Positions 36,401-48,167 of a stretch of 64,000 nucleotides of DNA are shown piece after piece. Location of the stretch: NCBI GenBank assembly GCA_002269645.1, contig NIVC01001176.1, positions 248,001 through 312,000 of the forward strand, given 5' to 3'. The DNA comes from Macrostomum lignano. Lineage: Eukaryota. The notes under the pieces are model-generated. The model searched no databases. It saw only the letters and a program-made list of their open reading frames with translations, and was not told where the DNA came from. The position numbers and the translations under genes were made by a program. The first letter of the stretch is position 1; every line of letters begins with the position of its first letter.

Positions 36401-39400
36401 CTTGAATCAATCAAAGTGTCGGTCACTTCCTTCCGGTCATTAATCCTAAAGCTGTCCTTAAGTCCTTAACTTGAACTGCAACAAAGCGTAATACTTAATT
36501 ACTAAAAAATCGAACTCAGGAGCCACACTAGAGGTGATCCTCAGCATGGGCAGCACCGAGTCAGTGATTGTGTCAGCCTGCATTGCCCTGGGCTACACTC
36601 TGTTCGGCGGACTCTACTCAGTGGCCTACACAGACGTTGTGCAGCTGTTCTGCATCTTCTTTGGACTGGTGAGGCCAGTGGAAGTTTCAATGTCACCATT
36701 CGAATACTGACAGATCCCCATTCGAATACTGACAGATCCCCATTCGAATACTGACAGATCCCCATTCGAATACTAACTGATTCAAATTCGAATACTGACA
36801 GATCCCCATTCGAATACTGACAGATCCCCATTCGAATACTGACAGATCCCCATTCGAATACTGACAGATCCCCATTCGAATACTGACAGATCCACATTCG
36901 AATACTGACAGACTTCCCTTTCCGAATCGATGCAGAGTTTATTGCAAGCGTGATTGATTCGTCTTCTCTCCCTCATCCCAGCTCAACTGCCGACTCAGCA
37001 AATTTCTTTCCCAGATCTAGAAGCGTCGTGCTGTTTCGAGAAAACCTCTCCCGAATTGGAGAGTGAAAATCTTGAAAATCGATGCTTTTTGCTTTGCTAG
37101 TCCTGTCCTGTCCCTTACCTTCAAGGAGAATTGGAGAGAGGGAAGCATTTGGGAATTTTTTCCCCTAGCTTACCGATCATTCTTGACTTCGCGTGCGATT
37201 CGAGCAGCAAATTGGATGGGAATAAAAAAATTCGATTCCCGCGAGCGTGCGCACGAATCTCGTCATCAAAGTGCCGTGTTCTCCTCCTGCTCGCCGCTCG
37301 TCTCTCCCGCCCCATGCCCCCTTGAGTTCTCCGCACGAACCAGCTAGAAAAAAGCAGCGCCTTTTAAAGGGAAAATGGAGAAAGAGAGTAAAGAAAAAAT
37401 TGCGACATCTCTGCTTCCGCCTGGACGCTAGCGTTCTCGGCCATTGGGGACTGAGTAGGGGATAAATGCAATTAACGGCGTTCTGTCTCCCAGAGGATAA
37501 CTGCCAAGCGATTCGCGCAGTCTGCTTTTCCAGCAGTCATTTCTCAGCCTCGATGAGTGTATTTACCCGAACAACACTACTTGCTACTAATGAGTAGCAG
37601 GGGACGCAAATTGTTTCACTTAATTGCATGCTATTTTTTAGTTTAAATCTTTCAAGGTCTCATTGCACCTCTACGAGTATGCAGTCCTCAGATCCTTCAG
37701 TTCCTTCTATCCAGTCCTCAGATCCTTCAGTTTCTTCTATCCAGTCCTCAGATCCCCCAGTTCCTTCTATCCAGTCCTCAGATCCTTCAGTTTCTTCTAT
37801 CCAGTCCTCAGATCCCCCAGTTCCTTCTATTCAGTCCTCAGATCCTTCAGTTTCTTCTATCCAGTCCTCAGATCCTTCAGTTTCTTCTATCCAGTCCTCA
37901 GATCCCCCAGTTCCTTCTATCCAGTCCTCAGATCCTTCAGTTTCTTCTATCCAGTCCTCAGATCCCCCAGTTCCTTCTATTCAGTCCTCAGATCCTTCAG
38001 TTTCTTCTATCCAGTCCTCAGATCCTTCAGTTTCTTCTATCCAGTCCTCAGATCCCCCAGTTTCTTCTATCCAGTCCTCAGATCCTTCAGTTTCTTCTAT
38101 CCAGTCCTCAGATCCCCCAGTTCCTTCTATTCAGTCCTCAGATCCTTCAGTTTCTTCTATCCAGTCCTCAGATCCCCCAGTTCCTTCTATTCAGTCCTCA
38201 GATCCTTCAGTTTCTTCTATCCAGTCCTCAGATCCTTCAGTTTCTTCTATCCAGTCCTCAGATCCTTCAGTTTCTTCTATTCAGTCCTCAGATCCTCCAG
38301 TTTCTTCTATTCAGTCCTCAGGTCCTTCAACCCTTCTCTCTTCAACCCAAATCACGTGACAAATAACTGGCCGCTCTCGTCCACCCACCCAGTGGCTCTC
38401 GGTGCCGTTCGCCATGACCAGCAGCTACACCCAGCCAATCCTGAGCACGGCGGTCCAGCGGGTGTGGAACGGCACTGAGCAGTTCGGCTGGCTCGGCAAG
38501 CTGGACCCCCTGGACGGAGCCAATTACGCAGACAACCTGCTCATGCTCACCTTCGGTGGCATTCCCTGGCAGGTGTACTTTCAACGGGTGCTGTCGGCTA
38601 AGTCGGCCAAGAAGGCCCAGGTTCTGTCCTATGTGGCCGCCTTTGGCTGCCTGCTGATGGCCGTGCCGTCTGTTCTGATTGGCGCGGTGGCCGCTTCTGC
38701 TGGTGAGAGCTGTTATGAATGCTGTTATGAATGCTGTTATGAATGCTGTTATGAATGCTGTTATGAATGCTGTTATGAATGCTGTTATGAATGCTGTTAT
38801 GAATGCTGTTATGAATGCTGTTATGAATGCTGTTATGAATGCTGTTATGAATGCTGTTATGAATGCTGTTATGAATGCTGTTATGAATGCTGTTATGAAT
38901 GCTGTTATGAATGCTGTTATGAATGCTGTTATGAATGCTGTTATGAATGCTGTTATGAATGCTGTTATGAATGCTGTTATGAATGCTGTTATGAATGCTG
39001 TTATGAATGCTGTTATGAATGCTGTTATGAATGCTGTTATGAACGGTGTGGCTGTTATGAATGGTGTGGCTGTTATGAACGGTGTATCTGTTATGAATGA
39101 TGTGGCTGTTATGAATGGTGTGGCTGTTATGAATGATGTGGCTGTTATGAATGGTGTGGCTGTTATGAATGGTGTGGCTGTTATGAATGCTGTTCTGAAT
39201 GGTGTGGCTGTTATGAATGCTGTTATGAATGGTGTGGCTGTTATGAATGCTGTTATGAATGGTGTGGCTGTTATGAATGCTGTTATGAATGGTGTGGCTG
39301 TTATGAATGCTGTTATGAATGGTGTGGCTGTGAGTGCATTAGTGTCAAGCCGAAGAACGCCATAAACTTAGCACATTTACCTGATTTAAGTCTCCAAACT

Positions 39401-40296
39401 ATGCCGCAGACTGGGAGGCGACTGGCTTTCTCAACAAAACCGAAGGCCAGTTCGCGGAAAAAGAGATGAAGCTGATCCTGCCGCTGGTGCTCCAGTACCT
39501 CTGCCCGCCAGTCGTGTCATTCCTTGGCCTCGGGGTAGTCTCCGCCGCTGTCATGTCCTCCGCTGACAGCTCGATCCTGTCCGCAGCCTCGATGTTTGCT
39601 CGAAACGTCATGAAGCCGATCTTCTGGCAGCAGGCCACGGACCGGCAGATCATCTGGTCGATGCGAGTCGCCATAGCCGTCATCGGCGCCATCGCCTGCG
39701 TGCTGGCAATCAAGATCACCACCATCTACGGCCTGTGGTTCCTCTGCTCCGATCTGGTCTTTGTCATCCTGTTCCCGCAGCTGCTCAACGTCATCTATAT
39801 TAAGAAGTCGAACACATACGGCTCCCTGGCTGGCTACCTGGTCGGCCTGTTCTGCCGCCTCACCGCCGGCGAGACGCTGCTGTTCCTGCCGCCGCTGTTC
39901 CGCTATCCGGGATTCGTCGACGGGGAAGGCTTCTACCAGCGGTTCCCGGTGAAGACGCTCAGCATGCTGCTGTCTCTGGCAGCTTGCGTGGGCGTCAGCT
40001 ACTTCACCGACTGGCTGTTCCACACCGGCCGCCTGCAGAAGCATCACGACGTGTTTCGCTGCGTGGTTAACGTGGCCCCAGCAGAAGTGGAAGAGTCTCA
40101 GGGCGAGATGCTGTCAATCAGCAAGCTGAACCTCAGCCCGAACTCGCGCACCGGCAAGACCTTCGAATTGGACGTTCCGCAGTCGTCTGGCCGGGCTGCC
40201 GCTGCCGCCGCCGCCGCCGACTCTGAAGGTGCCGACGCGAAGCCGATAGCTGAGGCCGAAGCAGAGGAGAAGGCGCCCCTGTCCAATCATAATTGA
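30483..40296 (+). CDS. SLC5A7: High-affinity choline transporter 1 (sodium:solute symporter family); exons 30483-30657, 35243-35356, 35861-36016, 36520-36668, 38393-38702, 39410-40296 (596 aa)
   Basis: All junctions are GT-AG and phase-compatible (1791 nt total). CHT1 hallmark peptides: [118 protein letters not shown]. Orthologue versus paralogue cannot be decided here. Confidence 0.95.
30740..31380. repeat. Pyrimidine-rich 24-bp minisatellite (ctcccttcttccattctcccctct), intron 1
   Basis: Tandem array starting ~80 bp after the exon 1 donor. Confidence 0.92.
35400..35832. repeat. 23-bp minisatellite (gtaagcgccactgtcagacctca), intron 2
   Basis: Fills nearly the whole intron; about 15 CTGTCAG copies. 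Confidence 0.95.
36160..36362. repeat. 31-bp minisatellite (cacttccggttcctatatttaagatcttatt), intron 3
   Basis: Six to seven units plus degenerate flanks. Confidence 0.93.
36697..36912. repeat. 22-bp minisatellite (ttcgaatactgacagatcccca), intron 4 5' end
   Basis: ~9 units. Confidence 0.93.
37681..38325. repeat. 30-bp minisatellite (cagtcctcagatccttcagtttcttctatc), intron 4 3' end
   Basis: ~21 units; source of the [13 protein letters not shown]. Confidence 0.96.
38711..39330. repeat. 12-bp minisatellite (tgttatgaatgc) grading into 18-bp variants, intron 5
   Basis: Begins 8 nt after the exon 5 donor; source of the CCYE and AVMN ORFs. Confidence 0.97.
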
Positions 40297-40725
40297 CTCG
40301 GACAGTCATAAATCAAATAGTTTATGGTCTCGACTGTTGTCATTCTATATTATTAACTAAATAGTACCTGTTGTACTTTTTTGAGCAGATTTTGTGCTTT
40401 AGGGTGAATCTGATCATATAGTGAATCTGATCATATACTGAATCTGATCATGTGATAACTTTGTTAAGCGAGGCAGAAGTGTGGAATTGCAGGAGTGAGT
40501 AAAAGGTGCTCGCTTGAGAGCTAGGCTGCTAACATTTATTATTTAGCACTGAGGTGGTGGGTGCAGACAGATTCAAACGCGCGCATGGGGTGGGGTGGAA
40601 TAAAATACAATCTCTAAGCCGATCAATAACAACTCCACTGCTAGCGAGTCAACACTACAGTGCATGCAACCTATAGCAAAGTTCATCGTGTCACTATGTC
40701 ACATCTCCCCCCTAAGTTAACGCCC

Positions 40726-43250
40726 TCACTGCAGCATCAATCTGTTAGGTGGTGCTCGAACTCGAGTCGGGTAGCGCCGGGGTGCCTCGTTAGCAGAGTC
40801 AGCCGTGTCTGCCTGCGGCGAGGCTGGCGTGCCGCCAGCGTCAGGTGCCGCGCAGTCCTCGGCCGGGGTTGTGCTGCTATTCGACTCGGCCAACCCAGCG
40901 GGAGCCGCCAGCAGCTGGTCAGCGTGTCGCGCTTGTACGCCGCGCCCAGAATCGACTGTGCAGTTGCGAGTGCCGGCATTGACAATGACACCTTCGGCCC
41001 AGCGGCTGCTTTCTCCTGCACGAGCAGCAGTGCTGAAATCGCGGTAGAGCACACGATCTCCAGGCTGGAACTGGCGCGCTGGCCGCTGCTGCTGAAGCTG
41101 ATGCTGCTGTCGCTGTTGCATGGCCGAAGTCAACGATGGTGTCAGGAGGTCCAGCCGGCTGCGCAGCCGGCGGCCAATGAGCAGCTGACTCGGCGCGGTG
41201 CCACTGACGCTGTGCGGAGTGTTGCGATAGGCCATCAGCAGTCGTTGAAGTTGCGCGTCTGAGTGACCGCACTTACTCAGATGCCGCTTCAGTACCTGGA
41301 CGAAGCGCTCGGCCTGGCCGTTGGTCACCGAGTGGAATGGCGCCGAGAAGATGTGCCGGATGCCGTTGGAACTGACTCGAGCGCATAGTCATAGCTCGCC
41401 AGCCGGATCGCCCACCGCTGCATGCGGGCTGCAGCGTGTGCCGGGATGCCTTTCCGCTCGCCCAGTAGCCCGAGTAGCGGCAGGTGATCAGTGACTATCG
41501 TGAATCTCCGGCCGTAGAGGAATTGATGGAAGCGGTGCAGCCCGAACATTATGGCCAGCGCCTCCTTGTCGAGCTGCGAGTAGCCCCGCTGAGCTGCGTT
41601 CAGGGTGCGGCTAGCGAATGCCACTGCGCAGTCTTTGTTGTCGATGCGATGGGACAACACCACACCCACTCCGTATGGTGAAGCGTCACACTCGAGCCGC
41701 AGCGGCAGATCCGGATTGTAATGCACCAGCACAGGTGAATGGAGCAGCAGACGCTTAGCTTCGCTGAAGGCGGTTTGCTGCGGCTTGTCCCACGTCCAAC
41801 GAACGTCCTTGGCCAGCAGCTGATTGAGCGGCGCCACAACGGTGGACAGGTTAGGCAGGAACCGGCCGTACTGAGTCAGCATGCCGAGGAACGAGCGCAG
41901 CTGGCTGATATCCTTCGGCGCTGGGGCGTCTTGAATTGCGGCCACCCTGTCCGTCAGCGGGCTGAGTCCACATGCGTCAATGCGATAACCCAGATACTCG
42001 ACTGAGTCCATGAAGAACTGGCTCTTTTGCTTGTTCAGCCTGAGTCCCGAATCAAGAAGGCGCTGCAGAACTTCTTCCAGGTTTTTCTTATATTGGTGCA
42101 TCGTCTTGCCGGTGACCAGGATGTCATCGACAAACACCTGGACAGAGTCGAGATCTCCTAGCAGAGTGTCCAGCGTCCGTTGGAAGATCGCAGTGGCGCA
42201 CTTGATCCCAAAAGGCATGCGATTGAGCTGGTAGAGTCCCTTCGGCGTGTTGATCGTGACGAAGGCTTTGCTGTCTTCGGCGAGCGGAAGCTGCAGGAAG
42301 GCATTGGACAGATCGAGTTTTGTCCACTTGCAGCCGCCTCCCAGCTTGGCAAACAGGTCCTCGATCTTAGGCAGAGGGTATTGCTCGGTCAGGCACGCCG
42401 GGTTGAAAGTTTGCGTATAATCACCGCAAATCCTGACGCCGCCATCCTTCTTGACCACCGGAACGATCGGAGAGGCCCAATCGCTGTGCTTAACCGCCGA
42501 AATGATGCCGTTGGCCTCCAGTCTCTGCAGCTCCTCGTCCACGCGCTCTCGTAGTGCATACGGAACCGGGCGGGCTTTAAAGAACCGAGGTTGGGCACCG
42601 TCGACGACGTTGAGCCGCACTTTACCGTGTCGATATTCGCCAAGTCGGTCCTCGAACACCGCAGCAAATCTCTCATGCAGGTCGCTGATGTCGCTATCGG
42701 TCGACACGGCGTGCACCTGGGCCATAATTGTCGGCCAGTCCAGCCGAAGGTGAGCCAGCCAGTCTCGTCCCAGCAGTGCCGTGTCTCCTTTGTCGACTAC
42801 AAGCAGCGGTAGCTGTAGCTGCTGGGTGTTGTGCTGGACGCAGACTGTGGCTTGGCCTCGCGGATGAAAGCGTTCATTGGTGAAGGTTCGCAGCACTGCA
42901 GCCGATGGAGCCAGTTGTAGCTGAGGGAGTAACTTTTGCTGCAGCTGCTGCGGCATCAGCGTGACTGCAGAGCCGGTGTCGATGACAAACTGGCATTCCT
43001 GGCCGTTGACGAGCAGCATGACTGTCGGTCCAGCGTTTCTGCCTGTTGGTCGGACTGCGAAGATGGGCACCTGGGTGTCACACGCGCCTTCGACAGTAGG
43101 TGCCATCCGCTCCTCTTGTAGCATGTGTAGCTTGGCTGCTTGGTGAACTGGCAGACCTTGCGGATATGGCCGACCTTGCCGCATGCATGGCACTTGGCGT
43201 CCCTGAACTTGCATGAATGACGCTCGTGGGAACCGCCACAGCTTTTGCAT
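40726..43250 (-). pseudogene. pol: pol: protease, RT, RNase H and truncated integrase C-terminal part
   Basis: VIDTGSA (protease), FVDDIL (RT), LECDASPYG..YSQLDKEALA..TDHLPL (RNase H). A junction at ~41370 jumps from YDYALE to NGIRHIFSAPFHSVTNGQAERFVQVLK in another frame, so the HHCC domain and first two catalytic Asp are missing. Confidence 0.93.
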
Positions 43251-43953
43251 GAGCTGCCACCGCCACCGTTGCCGCTGCCGTTGCCGCTGCCGTTGCCGCT
43301 GCCGCCGTTGCCGCTGCCGCCGTTGTCGCTGCCGCTGACCCGATGCCCTCTGTGGTGCGCTGAGGGTGTCACCTGCTTGCGGCTACCTCTCTTGCTGACA
43401 AATTGCAGATTGGCAACAGACTCCGATGCCCTTTGTGACATCTCCAGGGACGAACGCTCTGCAGACTCCAGCGACATAGCCTTTGTTTGCAGGGATTCGA
43501 AAGTCGGCTCAACGACTTCCAGCAGCTTGGCTCGATAGGCGTTGCTTCGAAGGCCGAACACGAGTTGGTCTCGGAGCCGCTCATTTAGCGACTCACCGAA
43601 GTTGCAGTCATCTGACAGAGCCTGGAGCCCCGCGATGAATGCCGTGAAGCTCTCGCCTGCTTGCTGAGTTCGTTGTTGGAAACGGAACCTCGCAGCTAGC
43701 TCCGAAGGCTTGGGTGCGAAGTGCGTTGTCAGCAGCTTCTTCAGGTCAGCGTAAGACTTCTGCGCCACTTGGACCGGCTGGCACAGACTCCGCAGTGTGA
43801 TGTAAGCCTCCTCTCCGATCGACGTGATCAGAGTTGCCACTTTTGCTTCATCCTTCACCTCCTTGCAGATGAAGTACTGCTCGAGACGCTCTAGGAAGAT
43901 CTCGATGTTTGTAATGGTAGCAGTTGGCCCAGCGTGGGCAGACTCGTCGCCAT
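42956..43953 (-). pseudogene. gag: gag (two zinc-knuckle-like motifs), start codon out of frame
   Basis: NIEIFLERLEQYF..KVATLITSIGEEAY..RLRDQLVFGL..CKSCGGSHERHSC..CHACGKVGHIRKVC. The ATG at 43953 (overlapping the PBS) reads MATSLPTLGQLLP in a different frame. Confidence 0.88.
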
Positions 43954-44206
43954 TGTGATAACTTTGTTAAGCGAGGCAGAAGTGTGGAATTGCAGGAGTG
44001 AGTAAAAGGTGCTCGCTTGAGAGCTAGGCTGCTAACATTTATTATTTAGCACTGAGGTGGTGGGTTCAGACAGATTCAAACGCGCGCATGGGGTGGGGTG
44101 GAATAAAATACAATCTCTAAGCCGATCAATAACAACTCCACTGCTAGCGAGTCAACACTACAGTGCATACAACCTATAGCAAAGTTTATCGTGTCACTAT
44201 GTCACA

Positions 44207-44767
44207 GATCATATACTGAATCTGATCATATAGTGAATCTGATCCTATTGTGAATCTGATCCTATAGTGAATCTGATCATATAGTGAATCTGATCATATA
44301 CTGAATCTGATCATATAGTGAATCTGATCCTATAGTGAATCTGATCCTATTGTGAATCTGATCCTATGTGAATCTGATCCTATTGTGAATCTGATCCTAT
44401 GTGAATCTGATCATATTGTGAATCTGATCCTATTGTGAATCTGATCCTATGTGAATCTGATCCTATTGTGAATCTGATCATATTGTGAATCTGATCCTAT
44501 AGTGAATCTGATCATATATTGAATCTGATCATATAGTGAATCTGATCATATAGTGAATCTGATCCTTGTGAATCTGATCCTATTGTGAATCTGATCCTAT
44601 TGTGAATCTGATCCTATTGTGAATCTGATCATATAGTGGATCTGATCCTATTGTAAATCTCTGATCATACAGTGAATCTGATCCTATTGTGAATCTGAAC
44701 ATATTGTGAATCTGATCATATAGTGAATCTGATAATATCGTGAATCTGATCATATAGTGAATCTGAT
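44207..44767. repeat. 17-bp minisatellite (gtgaatctgatcatata), also at 40404-40450, split by the LTR element
   Basis: Same unit on both sides of the retrotransposon. Confidence 0.96.
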
Positions 44768-45304
44768 GGAGTGTATGTATTAATTTTAGAGATTTTTGTT
44801 GTACAACAATATATTATCGCTATTGTTTTAGAATAATGAATATTTTATTAGTTTAGTCTCAAATGCATGACAATTAATAATCTGCTTGCCGAACATTCTG
44901 CTTAAAAACTCATCTAAATTTACTAAAATGCAATGATATCGGAAAACAACAGAAATTCGTGTTTGATAGCATTTTGTTCTGCATTATGCACCCTTATTTT
45001 TAGTTAAGATTATTTAATTACCTGTGTGGCATAATAGCTGATATATCTATAAATTTATTTATGTCATGATGACACCACCTCTACTGCAGTTACAAACCAT
45101 TGGCATAATCAAATTTCATTCCGCAGACTTAAACAACAGTTCATAATTTTGTTGTTCTTTGGTCTGAGTTTTGCAGGCATAATAACTATATATATTATTT
45201 ATTTATTAATTAATTAGTTATTTAGTGAACTATTGTCTGTACTTTGCCGTTAACTTGCTTGTGCTGTTGTGCTGCTTTGTAGTGATAATTGGCACCGCCC
45301 GTAA

Positions 45305-45484
45305 CAGGGACTACCTCAAACACCGGGACGGGAGACTAAAGTTTTTTACGAGGCTGGCTGGCAATTATTTGCATTAGAGAGATGCTGTGTTGCTTTGTTG
45401 TCTATGGTTATTTTCTACTGCTGATAAAAGACCAGCCTCGTAAAAAATTCCTAGTTTCCCGTCCCGGTGTTTGAGTAGTCCCTG
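45305..45484. mobile_element. hAT-type MITE (180 bp)
   Basis: ~53-bp TIRs starting CAGGGACTA and ending TAGTCCCTG; perfect 8-bp TSD GCCCGTAA (45297-45304, 45485-45492). Confidence 0.92.
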
Positions 45485-45729
45485 GCCCGTAATTTATTCT
45501 GCGGCACAGAACCCCATCTGGCTACTAATAGTAGGCCGGATCGTTTTCATTAATGATTAAAAATTGTTTTAATTGTTTGATGCAGAATCATTCCCGGAAC
45601 CGGAACCTTTTTCTATTAGACTTATGGGGGAACCTTTGTCCCCCCAATAATAAGTCTAATAATAGACTTAGAGTCTAATAATAATAATAGTAGATTAATA
45701 ATATTTGATTACACCTGCCCTAATGGCCA

Positions 45730-45993
45730 GATGTGCAACCGACAGCTCAGTTGCAGCTATTGCGCAGCGCATCTGAAGGCTGCGTACGGCTGTTCAGTCC
45801 AAGGACTGGGTGGTCGCCACACACACCCTCAGTTACCCCAGCTAATGCTGGCACCCATTTTACAGCTGGGTGAGCTGAAGCAATGCATGGTTGAGTGTCT
45901 TGTTCAAGGACCCAAATTGTTCGAGTGGGATCGGGAATCGAACCCCCGACCTTCAAGTCGCGAGTCCGACGCTCTAACCACTAGGCTACAACC
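45730..45993 (-). mobile_element. tRNA-derived SINE
   Basis: Minus-strand head GGTTGTAGCCTAGTGGTTAGAGCG...GGGGGTTCGATTCCCG (Pol III A and B boxes), followed by a body with CACCCAGCTGTAAAATGGGTGCC. Confidence 0.75.
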
Positions 45994-46500
45994 TCTTATA
46001 CTATTGACTAAGAGTTTATTTAATAAGGGATCATTTCCGGTTCCGGGACTCCAATTGAAGCCCCAAAACCTCCATTTTTATGCAAAATTTAATGACGCGA
46101 GTCCAATCAAGCAGGCAAAACCATTTTACCATGGCTATTTCGCCTCCTCACTTCTTCGACGAGTGCATGTACTTTTTAAAAAGGTCAATTAATATATCCA
46201 TACCTTTTCAGGGGCTGTAAACAATCATTTTGGCCCCTCCAGTCTCGCAGCTCATTTTCAATTATTTATTAGCTGATTAGTAAGCTCTTTTGCTCAACTC
46301 GAACTGAGAGACGGCAAACGGACGAACTAATGTCAGTGCAAAGTTCGAATGGCCGCGCAACTGCTGTGCCGTGCAGTTCTGCAAATGCAAATCAGCAGCC
46401 CTTGGACAGGCAGGTATTCGGCATAACAGCAACTTGCGTTAAAAAAAGGGACGCTTAAAAAGCAGAAGACGGCCTATGCAATTTCTGCAGCAGCTTTAGA

Positions 46501-47016
46501 ATGGCTTCTAGCGGCCAGCCGCAGCCTGCCGGGGTGCGCCGGACTCGTTCCGACGCTCGGCGACATCGACAACCTGTGGGGAGCGACAATGTCAACATTG
46601 AGAAGACCCCTCCGACTGCCGAAGTCGCCTCTCCATCGTCGGGCGGGCGAGCACTTCGACGGAGCTGCTCAACCCTGATGCCGCAGCAGCAGCCGCCGCA
46701 GTCCTGCGCCTGGTACGAGGAGCTCCTTCGACGTCGCCGACAGAGGCAGAAGTCGGCCGGCGGGACAGGCGACGCCGGTGCAGCTGTTGAAGAAGCGCAA
46801 CAGCGAGCCGCCGCTCTCCTCGGTGGCTGCCAGGTCTTCGTCGTGAAGCCACCGCCGTTGGAGCGGCGGGAGGATCAGGACTCGACGGTCTCTGCCGCTG
46901 CTGCTGCTGCGGCTCGAGCTTCGAGGAAAAAGTCGGAACCGCCTGGACAGAGCAGCAGAGAGTCGAAGCCGGCCTACTGGCGGCAGGGGGGCGCAGTGCG
47001 GGGCAGAAAAGCCTGA
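46501..47016 (+). CDS. Hypothetical 171-aa basic, disordered ORF
   Basis: GC-rich ATG-initiated ORF in AT-rich flanks; no domain recognised. Confidence 0.3.
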   Translation: MASSGQPQPAGVRRTRSDARRHRQPVGSDNVNIEKTPPTAEVASPSSGGRALRRSCSTLMPQQQPPQSCAWYEELLRRRRQRQKSAGGTGDAGAAVEEAQQRAAALLGGCQVFVVKPPPLERREDQDSTVSAAAAAAARASRKKSEPPGQSSRESKPAYWRQGGAVRGRKA

Positions 47017-47164
47017 GAGATTCAGCTTAAACTTGTCGGATCATCATCTCAGAAAATACTTTCGCGATGTTCAGACTTTTCATTTTGATAATTTCTGAAA
47101 AATAGGCTGTTTATTGTTTTTATTTCGTAGAAGAAACTTTTATCGCTTTTGGAAAGATTCTGCA

Positions 47165-47530
47165 GGATTTGAGATTCGATCTGGTGGGATTTGAGATTTG
47201 ATCTGGTGGGATTTGAGATTCGATCTGGTGGGATTTGAGATTTGATCTGGTGGGATTTGAGATTCGATCTGGTGGGATTTGAGATTTGATCTGGTGGGAT
47301 TTGAGATTCGATCTGGCGGGATTTGAGATTCGATCTGGTGGGATTTGAGATTTGATCTGGTGGGATTTGAGATTCGATCTGGTGGGATTTGAGATTTGAT
47401 CTGGTGGGATTTGAGATTCGATCTGGCGGGATTTGAGATTCGATCTGGTGGGATTTGAGATTTGATCTGGTGGGATTTGAGATTCGATCTGGTGGGATTT
47501 GAGATTTGATCTGGTGGGATTTGAGATTTT
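47165..47530. repeat. 21-bp minisatellite (gggatttgagattcgatctgg/t)
   Basis: ~17 units. Confidence 0.94.
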
Positions 47531-48167
47531 ATTTGGGATTTTGATTAGATTCAGTGTTTCTTAAATTTAGAACACATAAAATATTTATTTCGCATACCCC
47601 TGTATCCTAAACTCGATAATATTTATGAATTAAAATCTCGGAGGTGTGCAATAAATGTATATGTAACCATAGGAAGGTTTAATTGCCTAGCAACTGACCT
47701 CAGTTTTGAAAATTCCTAATGCTTTTGCTCTTCTTCTGTTTGACAACAGAAAAGCATAAAATAGAAGACGGTTTCTGGCTGACACAACAGCGTACAATTC
47801 ATTTCAGCCACAACAGAAAAGTTGGCAGCCACGCCTGCAACCCCCCCCCCCCCTTAATCTATATGCATTGCAATCAGACGCTGGGTTCGTGTGCGCGTGT
47901 GCGCGCCTGAGTCAACTTGGAGGCCTCAGAGCTGGATAAGTCAAACAATTGACAGAGAGGGGTGGGTCGGAGAGAATGGGGCTGACACAGCATGGACTGG
48001 CAAAAGGTGAGGCTCGTGGGAGCCCTCTGGATCTTTTTTTGGAGGCCGGTGCTCTAGCCTCCCCCCCCCCCTCCCTAGGTATATAATGTTGCCTAGAGCT
48101 GCTTGGCAGCTCGGATTGAAGTTCTAAGGAAATTTTCTTCAAGGTTTGCCTGCTCAAGCTTCGTGGA

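Larger units (their letters stand above)
40451..44206 (-). mobile_element. Ty3/Gypsy LTR retrotransposon, 3756 bp, integrase-deleted
   Basis: 253-bp TG...CA LTRs at 40451-40703 and 43954-44206 with 3 mismatches. 5-bp TSD GATCA (40446-40450, 44207-44211). PBS TGGCGACGAG next to the 5' LTR, matching the 3' end of tRNA-Ser(GCU) as recalled. PPT AGGGGGGAGA before the 3' LTR. Confidence 0.97.

Noticed and set aside
37628-39365. Ser-rich ([10 protein letters not shown]), Cys-rich (CCYE, metallothionein-like) and AVMN ORFs
   Set aside because: They lie inside introns 4 and 5 of the transporter and are stop-free readings of 30-bp and 12-bp repeats; the spliced transporter is complete without them.
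43120-43170. Programmed -1 frameshift between gag and pol
   Set aside because: No X XXY YYZ slippery heptamer is visible at the frame change, and the element has other disabling lesions; a simple indel is more likely.
45920-45993. tRNA gene
   Set aside because: A and B boxes are present, but I could not form a convincing cloverleaf acceptor stem and the sequence runs into a SINE-like body.
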